Of a stretch of DNA of 15,590 bases, positions 8,584-15,590 are shown piece after piece. Numbering within the stretch: position 1 is the first letter of the stretch; each line of letters starts with the position of its first letter. Location of the stretch: assembly GCA_003557825.1 (NCBI GenBank), contig PWNM01000526.1:1-15590 (forward strand), read 5' to 3'. The notes beneath the pieces are model-generated. The model was not told where the DNA came from, did no database searches, and saw only the letters and a program-made list of their open reading frames with translations. Origin of the DNA: Candidatus Hydrogenedentota bacterium. GTDB lineage: Bacteria; Hydrogenedentota; Hydrogenedentia; Hydrogenedentales; SLHB01. Both the position numbers and the translations under genes were made by a program.

Positions 8584-8632
8584 CCGTTGCAGGTACAGGT
8601 CAACACTCAAGCGTGGCCTGTGCCTGCAACGG
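8584..8632 (+). terminator. 16-bp near-perfect inverted repeat hairpin (CCGTTGCAGGTACAGG / CCTGTGCCTGCAACGG, 17-nt loop) 30 nt after the GH38 stop, followed by CTCTCTTCT.
   Basis: Arms 8584-8599 and 8617-8632 with 1 mismatch. A pyrimidine/T-rich tail follows. Confidence 0.45.
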
Positions 8633-8802
8633 CTCTCTTCTACGGCCCGCCCTCATTATCACTCCTCGGCTACGGCTAGGTTGACCCATGACATCCTCGA
8701 AGGTCCATCTGACAAACCTTCCTGTCATTTCCCATTTGAAGCGGGATTAGTGTATTATCGTGCTATGGTCGTGGAACGGTACACTTGGAGGCGAAGAATA
8801 AG

Positions 8803-9771
8803 ATGGGGAAACGCAAATCAACGGTATCAAGCGACACATTGGACGCACTGCGGAGCGAACATCGGGCACGTGAAATATGTCGGATGAGGATGCGGGCGCC
8901 TCTCATACTGGTAACCTGCGTGATAGCCGCCGTAGGTATCCTGCCGGGCCTGATACTGGCCGGTATCTTTGGTCTGTACTGGACTTTGGTGCCTTTTGGC
9001 TTGTTTGCATTGGCGTCTTCGACGAAGTCCTACCTGGCGGCCCAGCTTCTGGCCGAATGGGACCGGGCCGTCGTACTCCGGATGGGGCGATTCAAAAAGG
9101 TAGCCGGCCCCGGTTTCTTTTTGATTGTCCCGATTATCGAGCATGTCTCGCGGGTCGTCGACACTCGGATTCGCACCACGTCCTTTTATGTGGAATCCAT
9201 GTTGACAAAAGATACGGTTCCCATTTCCATCGAAGCGATTGCGTTCTGGCAGATCTGGGACACCAAAAAGGCTGTGCTCGAGGTTGAGGATTATTACCAA
9301 GCCATCACCATGGCGGTACAGACGGCGCACCGCGATGTAATCGGCGAGCACATGCTGTCCGAGGTGCTCGCCAAACGCGAGGAAATCGTGCAGCAGCTCA
9401 AAGACATACTCGAAGCCAAGGCCCAGGCCTGGGGTATTACGGTGAGCTCTATCGAGATCCGCGACATCACCATCCCGGCGGACCTGCAGAATGCCCTTTC
9501 GAAACAAGCGCAAGCCGAGCGCGAACGACACGCACGCACCATTTTAGGCGAGGCCGAGATGGAGATTGCCCAGAAATTTGCCCAAGCCGCACAAGCCTAT
9601 CGCGACAATCCTGTGGCGCTACAACTCCGCGCCATGAACATCATCTATGAAGGTCTCCGATCGGGTACCTCCATGATGCTCGTTCCGTCACAGGTCCTCG
9701 ACACGATGAACCTTGGCTCCCTGGCGTCCATGGGCATTGCGCAAAAGGGAAAAGCAGCAGACGATGGATAA
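8803..9771 (+). CDS. SPFH/band-7 (stomatin/prohibitin-like) membrane protein.
   Basis: Two N-terminal TM helices, then EWDRAVVLRMGRFKKVAGPGFFLIVPII...KDTVPISIEAIAFWQIWD...REEIVQQLKDILEAKAQAWGITVSSIEIRDITIPADLQNALSKQAQAERERHAR, the classic stomatin pattern. The ORF track starts at TTG 8785. ATG 8803 is preferred, with GGAGG 11 nt upstream. Confidence 0.85.
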   Translation: MGKRKSTVSSDTLDALRSEHRAREICRMRMRAPLILVTCVIAAVGILPGLILAGIFGLYWTLVPFGLFALASSTKSYLAAQLLAEWDRAVVLRMGRFKKVAGPGFFLIVPIIEHVSRVVDTRIRTTSFYVESMLTKDTVPISIEAIAFWQIWDTKKAVLEVEDYYQAITMAVQTAHRDVIGEHMLSEVLAKREEIVQQLKDILEAKAQAWGITVSSIEIRDITIPADLQNALSKQAQAERERHARTILGEAEMEIAQKFAQAAQAYRDNPVALQLRAMNIIYEGLRSGTSMMLVPSQVLDTMNLGSLASMGIAQKGKAADDG

Positions 9772-9914
9772 AGAGTTTATGCGAATCGATAAGGAGTTCT
9801 ATCGCAACCACCGGCGCCATCGTCGGGCTTATCCGAAGTAACCACCTTGTTTCAATTATGCTGAAACACGTCGTCGAGGTTACCTAAAAACTCTAGCCCT
9901 TATATAATATCCCT

Positions 9915-12860
9915 TTAGTATTTCCGCAGTATCTCCCGATTCACGCGCGTTGTCAGGTCATCAAGACTGCCTTCGAAAAGATAGAGTTTGCCTCGCCGAT
10001 GGACGCGTTGGCCGGGTGGACAGTCGGGTAACACCGGGTCAGCATGGACACAGGGAATCTCGGCATTGCTGAGTATGCTTCGCGCCGAGGGCCACGCCAT
10101 CGCAAAGACGTAGTTGCCATCTTCCGATGTGATCGCCACAGCGTCCAGTTCGCTCACATCGCTGCTTTCGCCCCAGATCGAGCCGGGCAGACGCAGTTCC
10201 GGACCTCCCTCAACCGGATAGTGGGTCAATGTTTCCCGACCTTCGCCGCGGTCGGTGTCGGCCATGGCGACCCATTCGCCCCCAGAGTAGATCCAGGTGC
10301 GTTCGAGGCCTCGATCTTCGAACATGGTCCCACTGAGAATCGGGCAGAATTGGGCCGCAACGGGAACGGTACGGTCCGTTTGATTCCCGAGCCAGAACTC
10401 GAGATCGACGTCGTATTCATTGGGCGAGAGCCGTCCGCCGATGGTTGCGTTCTCGACGCTCCACTCGAACCACAGTGTGCCTGCCTCATCATCCTGCCGC
10501 CATTCACCGGCCAGGCTAGTGGGATCGGTTGCTGCCTCGACGCCTTCAATCGCATGGTCGATGAATTCCAGCGTGTCCGTGTGCACCGTTTCAGGAAACC
10601 GCAGCCGGATGGGGGTGTCCATCCAGGGCGCCTGAATCAAGGCGACATTCTGTATGGGATCGACGGACCTGTCCTGTCCGGTGACGGTTATGCGGTCGGC
10701 CACCTCGACGGGGCGCCCCGCCGTGATGCGGAGACGCTGCGGCGTGTCATCGGAATGGACCAGGAAAACCGCGCCGAATGTGCCGCCGGGTTCCGAGAAG
10801 ACCTCAACGCCGTCCAACGCTCCTTCACGAGCATGGGACAGGTGGCGCCATCCGGTGCTGTCCTGCTGGAAGAGCCGGGGCCAACGGTAATCGCTCAAAC
10901 CGGTCACCAACACGGGAATCAGGTCACGGCCTCCCTGTACTATCAGTTCGGCTTCATCATCTTCAGCGCGCACCGTGGCTGGGAAGTCGGCCAGCTTCTC
11001 TCCTTTGACGACTTCCACTACACGGGGACGCGCACTGCCATAGGCCACGGTTTCTCGCTGCGGGATTCGGCTACCATCCACTTCCCCGTGGGGCAACCAG
11101 AAACCATCAAAGGCCAACACCTGACCGGCTTGCAGTTCCAGGGTGTCGGTATCGGGAACCAGATGCATCCGGAGGTCGCCGGAGGCTTCGCATTGCACCA
11201 AGGCGCCAGGCCCGAAATCGTCGATATGCCAATTTTCGAGAACGAAGGCATTCGAGCCCATGTTTTCGCCGAACACGTTGATATAGGCGTTCTCTCGCGG
11301 TATGGGCACGTTCAGGTCCGTCAGACTGTCGGCATCGAAGCTCAGCTCATAGGGACCCTCCATGCCCGAGGCCTGAAAATGGCTATAGCGCAGACGCTGT
11401 ATGTTCGTACGTACCGTAGCCATGCGGAAATGCTTATGCGCCTCGGGAATGGTCAGCGGTTCCAGCACCTCGTATTCTATGCGCACGAAATTGCGGAGTT
11501 CGTCGACCTGGGGGAGTTCGAAGGTGCGCACGGTCGCTCGAATCTTGCCGTCGGACGACAGATACTCGAACCCGATGTCCATCCAGTTGTTGCCGGTACT
11601 ATAGTAGGTCGTACCCCGGTATTCCATATACTGCCATGTGTCGCCATCGTGGTACGAAAGGAAGGTGTGTCCGGCGATATTATCGTGCTGCGGTTGGCCA
11701 CCCCAGAACGTGTCCTGGCTCATGGCTCGGAAGTCGGCGATATCAACGCCGGATAGTCCGCCAAATTTGAAGGGGACATAGCAGGTGGTTTCGGTAACGC
11801 CGGTCGAACTGTGGAAATAGTCCATCCAGGCGCCCAGCGATGAAAACTGCTTCACCATCTTCCGCCCCCAGTTTTGATAGAGATGCTGGGCGGTAAGTTC
11901 CCGAGTTTCGCCGGGATCGAGGACCAACGGGAAATAGGTCTCGCTAAACGGGATGTCCAGCGGATTGTAGAAGGGCTCTTCCCGTTCGCCGGCGAAGTTC
12001 TTCGAGATCTGCACGACGATAGGCAACGGATGGCCGTCTTCATCAAGCAGTATGCCCCCCTCGACATGGCCTTTGTTTCCAGTCGAGGATTCATGCATCA
12101 CATAGATCCGCCGCGGTTGATCATCGTTGGTCACGCGAAACCGGACTTGCTGGCGATAATTGGGATGGTGATAGAAATGCTCCTGAAAGGCTCCCGGACT
12201 ATAGGAACCGACTACATAGCAGCCCCGCACCGGATCATATTCCAGGGGCCGATCGGCGTCCAGTGTCACCAAGTAGGCTTCCGGTAACGGCGTTTCTTCG
12301 CCGAAGATCGGGAAATGAAAGGATTGAATGACGCCCTCGGCGAAGGGTTCCGCTGAAAAGACCTCCTCGTGCATGCCGGCGATATGCACCTCCGCCGCAT
12401 CAAAGCCGTCCGTGCCGTGCCAGATCATCGACGCAAGAATCTTTTCCGGATAGCAGTAGAGGGCCAAATCGCCTCGCAGTGGCGCGAGATTGCCCTCCCC
12501 ATCGGAGACCTGAACATCCAACCAACGGACCTCGTGGTAATAGGGCCCCCGTCGGTAAAGGTTGATACGCGAGGGTTCTTCGGTGGTTTCCGTCGTGTAT
12601 ATATTGCCCTCGCCGTCCACCACACGGACCGACAGCCAAAGCTCGCCGGTGGCGGCATCGGTCAGATAATGCGGAGCCCGCAGCGCTCCCTCGAGGTGGT
12701 AGTGCTCTGCAACAATCTCAAAGGCCGTACGCGTCGCATCAACATAACGCACCTCCAGTTGCGGTCGCTCCGAAACGGGCTGTTGCGCAAACCCTGCGGA
12801 CCACGGGGAATCCAGCGCGGCCTCGGCCATCAGCATGCTACACACCATATAGATGATCAT
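9915..12860 (-). CDS. Large secreted hypothetical protein (~981 aa from the preferred start; 1023 aa from the most upstream ATG at 12986). Aromatic-rich; possibly a carbohydrate-active enzyme of an unrecognised family.
   Basis: A long ORF with protein-like composition, whereas the overlapping + frame ORF is Arg/Gly/Pro-rich noise. Start at 12860 gives the signal-peptide-like N-terminus MIIYMVCSMLMAEAALDSPWSA and an upstream GAGGAAAGGAA SD. No family motif recognised. Confidence 0.7.
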   Translation of the reverse strand: MIIYMVCSMLMAEAALDSPWSAGFAQQPVSERPQLEVRYVDATRTAFEIVAEHYHLEGALRAPHYLTDAATGELWLSVRVVDGEGNIYTTETTEEPSRINLYRRGPYYHEVRWLDVQVSDGEGNLAPLRGDLALYCYPEKILASMIWHGTDGFDAAEVHIAGMHEEVFSAEPFAEGVIQSFHFPIFGEETPLPEAYLVTLDADRPLEYDPVRGCYVVGSYSPGAFQEHFYHHPNYRQQVRFRVTNDDQPRRIYVMHESSTGNKGHVEGGILLDEDGHPLPIVVQISKNFAGEREEPFYNPLDIPFSETYFPLVLDPGETRELTAQHLYQNWGRKMVKQFSSLGAWMDYFHSSTGVTETTCYVPFKFGGLSGVDIADFRAMSQDTFWGGQPQHDNIAGHTFLSYHDGDTWQYMEYRGTTYYSTGNNWMDIGFEYLSSDGKIRATVRTFELPQVDELRNFVRIEYEVLEPLTIPEAHKHFRMATVRTNIQRLRYSHFQASGMEGPYELSFDADSLTDLNVPIPRENAYINVFGENMGSNAFVLENWHIDDFGPGALVQCEASGDLRMHLVPDTDTLELQAGQVLAFDGFWLPHGEVDGSRIPQRETVAYGSARPRVVEVVKGEKLADFPATVRAEDDEAELIVQGGRDLIPVLVTGLSDYRWPRLFQQDSTGWRHLSHAREGALDGVEVFSEPGGTFGAVFLVHSDDTPQRLRITAGRPVEVADRITVTGQDRSVDPIQNVALIQAPWMDTPIRLRFPETVHTDTLEFIDHAIEGVEAATDPTSLAGEWRQDDEAGTLWFEWSVENATIGGRLSPNEYDVDLEFWLGNQTDRTVPVAAQFCPILSGTMFEDRGLERTWIYSGGEWVAMADTDRGEGRETLTHYPVEGGPELRLPGSIWGESSDVSELDAVAITSEDGNYVFAMAWPSARSILSNAEIPCVHADPVLPDCPPGQRVHRRGKLYLFEGSLDDLTTRVNREILRKY

Positions 12861-13087
12861 CGAACGGTTCCTTTCCTCTGTCGCCGGACCAACCCGGGCC
12901 TCCCTGTACCAATATGGGCCACTATACTCCGCGCCAAACCTCCAATACCACTTCGGGCAGCGATCAATCTCGAGAGGGGGAATCAAAAACCCGGTCGGCG
13001 TATACTGACGGCACGAAAATCAGGTGATGGAAGTGATCCCTGTAGGGTGTAGGCCCACACTCTTGGGAGCGTCACACTAAATACAGG

Positions 13088-14704
13088 ATGGGATATCTAA
13101 TGAAGCTCACCCGTCGATCGTTTATGGAGATATGCGCCATGACCGGATTTCAATGCATGCAGCCCCTACGCGGTTTTGCCGAAAGAAACGCCTCGAACGG
13201 GACAATCAGAAAGTTTCACATATGCCTTAATCCGGATTCGTTGGAAGCCCACCCGGAGTTACTCGATATCGTTGCGGACGCCGGCATGCACCAAATATGG
13301 TTACCGGCTTTCTTCTATGGGTATTGGCCCTACCCGCATGAAGAACGGCACAGGTGGCATCAAGCCATCGAGGCGAAGGGCCTCGCCTCATCGGTCATCA
13401 ATATCCCACTGGGGCATCCCGGCGATTCCCTGGGTGCGATGCATGGGAATGTTCCCCTGACGCCGCCGGAGCATTGGTCAATGGGACAGTACCCCGACGG
13501 CACGCATTATGCAGGCACCTCGCTGCATCCGCCGGCAACCGAGGAGAACGTGGCCGCCATGGAGCTTTTGGCCAAAGAACAGGTCACGTCCGTTTTTCTG
13601 GACGACGATTTTCGACTGGCCGTATCGCCGAGCCTCATCGGCGGTTGTTTCTGTGAGCAACACAGACAGCAATTCCTGGCATCTCGAGGCTACGAAGAGT
13701 CACGCTGGGATGAGTTGCTTGAAGCAGTGCATCACCGGAATCCGACCGCGGTTCTGCGCGAGTGGATCACTTTTACCTGCGACGAATTGACGGAGTCATT
13801 CAGCCGACAACAAGCGGCGGCGCCCGGGGTCGTCCTTGGCAACATGGTCATGTACCTGGGCTCCGAAAAGGCCGGGATCCGATTGCCAGACTATCGCAAC
13901 ACCTTGTTCCGCGTCGGCGAGTCCAAATTCAACGACGCGGCTTTCGCCCCCATAAAAGGCAAAACCGACGCGCTCTTCAGTTGCTTGTTCCATCGGCGCT
14001 TTGCGCAACCGGAGTTGGCCTTTAGCGAAACCACGGCGTATCCCGCCGACCAGCTGTCGGCCAGGAACTTGGCCGCCAAACTCGCCATCAGTACCTTGGC
14101 CGACGTACGGAATACCATGTTCATGAGTGGGCTGACCCCCTATCCTATTGACTATTGGGATACGATCGCACCGGCGATGTGGCACAATGCCGCCTTGCAC
14201 GAAACCGTTGCCGGACATCGTCCACAGGGGCCGCTCAAGCATTACTGGGGTGACTATAGCCGTCTTGTCGGGACCGACAATCCATACAGCCTGTTCCTGG
14301 CCTTGGGTGTTCCATTCGAAGTATGCGACGTCCCAGCGGAGGATGGGTGGACGTTTCTCTCCGATGAAGACGCGCAAGGGCTAACCGAAGGGGCGTTTTG
14401 TCGAGCCGGTTCCACGTTCATTGCGCGCCACGAAGTGAATAATGCCGGGAATGAGTTGCGAGCCGTGCCCGAATCGATGGACGCCTTGTTTGAACTCAAG
14501 CATGAAATCGTAGAGCAGTTAGACGCCGGAATACCTTATATCGTGGAGGACCTTCCCATCATCTGTGCATGGTACCCCTCGGCGGATACGGTATTGCTGT
14601 GGAATCCAGCAGAGCACAGGGTGTCACTGACGCTCCGATGGGCTGGAAGGGATCGGGCCGTTGAAATTGATCCCCTGGCCTTGATCAGCATGCACTCACA
14701 GTAG
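13088..14704 (+). CDS. Hypothetical, possibly Tat-secreted protein. Putative TIM-barrel glycoside-hydrolase-like (GH42/GHL-like) with a C-x-C-x2-H motif.
   Basis: The N-terminus MKLTRRSFME resembles a twin-arginine motif; the start is possibly ATG 13100. CFCEQH (13646-13663) recalls the CxCxxC zinc-site motif of GH42 beta-galactosidases. The family assignment is tentative. Confidence 0.6.
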   Translation: MGYLMKLTRRSFMEICAMTGFQCMQPLRGFAERNASNGTIRKFHICLNPDSLEAHPELLDIVADAGMHQIWLPAFFYGYWPYPHEERHRWHQAIEAKGLASSVINIPLGHPGDSLGAMHGNVPLTPPEHWSMGQYPDGTHYAGTSLHPPATEENVAAMELLAKEQVTSVFLDDDFRLAVSPSLIGGCFCEQHRQQFLASRGYEESRWDELLEAVHHRNPTAVLREWITFTCDELTESFSRQQAAAPGVVLGNMVMYLGSEKAGIRLPDYRNTLFRVGESKFNDAAFAPIKGKTDALFSCLFHRRFAQPELAFSETTAYPADQLSARNLAAKLAISTLADVRNTMFMSGLTPYPIDYWDTIAPAMWHNAALHETVAGHRPQGPLKHYWGDYSRLVGTDNPYSLFLALGVPFEVCDVPAEDGWTFLSDEDAQGLTEGAFCRAGSTFIARHEVNNAGNELRAVPESMDALFELKHEIVEQLDAGIPYIVEDLPIICAWYPSADTVLLWNPAEHRVSLTLRWAGRDRAVEIDPLALISMHSQ

Positions 14705-14838
14705 GCACACATTTACGTTCCACAGGCACCGATGGCATAGACCGCCGGATTGTCACATTGGGCTTCGTCGAAAAGGCGATACTGCGCATCTGCTAGGAAC
14801 TACGCATGGATGGCAATAGGCGGACGCGGTTATTCGAG

Positions 14839-14867
14839 TTGCCCAAGCCATTTAGCATCGTCATAAT
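14839..14867 (+). promoter_or_regulatory. Putative sigma70 promoter: -35 TTGCCC, 17-nt spacer, -10 CATAAT, about 35 nt upstream of the LTD gene.
   Basis: Hexamers read from sequence; moderate match only. Confidence 0.3.
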
Positions 14868-14901
14868 GAACGCGATCATGAAACCTCCCGGAGGACTCCA
14901 A

Positions 14902-15590
14902 ATGGTACGCCGTCTGTCGGTGCTTCTTTTTATTGCGTTCATCTGCTTGAACTCCATTCAGGGGTCCGCGACGATTCGAATCAATGAGGTGATGGCATCC
15001 AATGGAACGACCCTGGCCGATGAGGACGGGGACTTTGGAGATTGGATCGAGCTATACAACATAGGCCACGAACCGGTGAACCTCCATGGTTGGGGACTAT
15101 CCGACGATTACCAGCGGCCATTTCGATGGGTATTTCCGGAGGTCGCCCTCGAACCCGGGAGATTCCTGGTTGTTTTTGCCTCCAACAAAGACCGGCGTGA
15201 TCCGGCGAACGAACTTCACACAAACTTTGCCATCAGTTCGAGCGGCGAGGACGTGGTACTCACACGCCCCAACGGGGATCGCGTCGACGAACTCCCCCCC
15301 CGCTTCTTTCCCCGGGACGTCTCCGTCGGACGCCAACCCGATGGCACTGGCGCATGGTACTTTTTCGATGAGCCGACGCCCGGCGCAACCAATGCCACCA
15401 CCGCATTTGAGACTATCCTCGATCCCCCCACATTTTCCCATCAGTCCGGTTTTTACTCCGAGGCCTTCGAGCTTTCGCTTTACAGCAATCACGATGACGT
15501 GACCATCCACTATACCCTTGATGGGAGCACCCCTACGAAGGAGTCACCCAAGTATACGGGACCCATACCCATCGCAAGCCGGGAAGGAGA
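14902..15590 (+). CDS. Secreted lamin-tail-domain (LTD) protein followed by the start of a chitobiase/hexosaminidase-C-like (CHB_HEX_C) domain, a CotH-family-like architecture. It is 3'-truncated by the window end.
   Basis: My own translation of frame +1 from ATG 14902 (GGAGGA SD 6 nt upstream) gives MVRRLSVLLFIAFICLNSIQGSA|TIRINEVMASN...GDWIELYNIGHEPVNLHGWGLSDD...RWVFPEVALEPGRFLVVFASNKDR, an LTD. Then FSHQSGFYSEAFELSLYSNHDDVTIHYTLDGSTPTKESPKYTGPIPI, CHB_HEX_C-like. The frame is open to 15590. It is not in the ORF track because it is unterminated. Confidence 0.8.
   Translation, partial: MVRRLSVLLFIAFICLNSIQGSATIRINEVMASNGTTLADEDGDFGDWIELYNIGHEPVNLHGWGLSDDYQRPFRWVFPEVALEPGRFLVVFASNKDRRDPANELHTNFAISSSGEDVVLTRPNGDRVDELPPRFFPRDVSVGRQPDGTGAWYFFDEPTPGATNATTAFETILDPPTFSHQSGFYSEAFELSLYSNHDDVTIHYTLDGSTPTKESPKYTGPIPIASREG

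Noticed and set aside
10044-11756. 570-aa plus-strand ORF antisense to the 1023-aa secreted protein gene
   Set aside because: R/G/P-rich composition and no signal or motifs. The minus-strand ORF is longer and has a signal peptide, SD and protein-like composition.
12369-13052. 227-aa plus-strand ORF spanning the divergent intergenic region and the 5' end of the minus-strand gene
   Set aside because: Arg-rich, overlaps the true start and SD of the 1023-aa gene, and lacks an RBS. It is likely spurious.
1-15590. CRISPR arrays, IS elements, integrases and defence systems
   Set aside because: No direct-repeat/spacer periodicity, no terminal inverted repeats flanking a transposase-like ORF, and no nuclease/ATPase/methylase-like proteins were seen. 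The window looks like a core metabolic/CAZyme neighbourhood.

Overview
High-GC (~58-60%) chromosomal window. Gene content suggests a Planctomycetota-like (PVC superphylum) bacterium: a DUF1559 protein with a type-IV-prepilin N-terminus, many secreted carbohydrate-active-looking proteins, and a CotH-like lamin-tail-domain protein. The plus strand runs as follows. (1) A GntR-HTH/LacI-type sugar-binding hybrid regulator sits behind a textbook TTGACA-17-TATAAT promoter. (2) A prepilin-type DUF1559 gene follows, preceded by a 7-6-7 palindrome abutting its RBS. (3) A GxGYxYP-family putative glycoside hydrolase comes next. (4) Remnants of a sugar ABC transporter follow: the substrate-binding-protein N-terminus is fused out of frame to a MalG-like permease C-terminus, which looks like a deletion scar. 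(5) A cytoplasmic GH38 alpha-mannosidase (960 aa) follows. (6) An SPFH/band-7 (stomatin-like) membrane protein closes this run. Convergent to (6) lies a 1023-aa (981-aa from the preferred start at 12860) secreted protein of unknown function on the minus strand. Divergent from that protein are a 538-aa possibly Tat-secreted TIM-barrel-like protein, which has a C-x-C-x2-H motif reminiscent of GH42, and the 5'-partial gene for a signal-peptide + lamin-tail-domain + chitobiase-C-like domain protein. There are no rRNA or tRNA genes, no CRISPR and no recognisable mobile element. Taken together this is a mannoside/glycan-utilisation neighbourhood with several uncharacterised families and evidence of transporter loss. 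No defence or mobile system is evident. All family calls come from motif recognition by eye; no database search was run.
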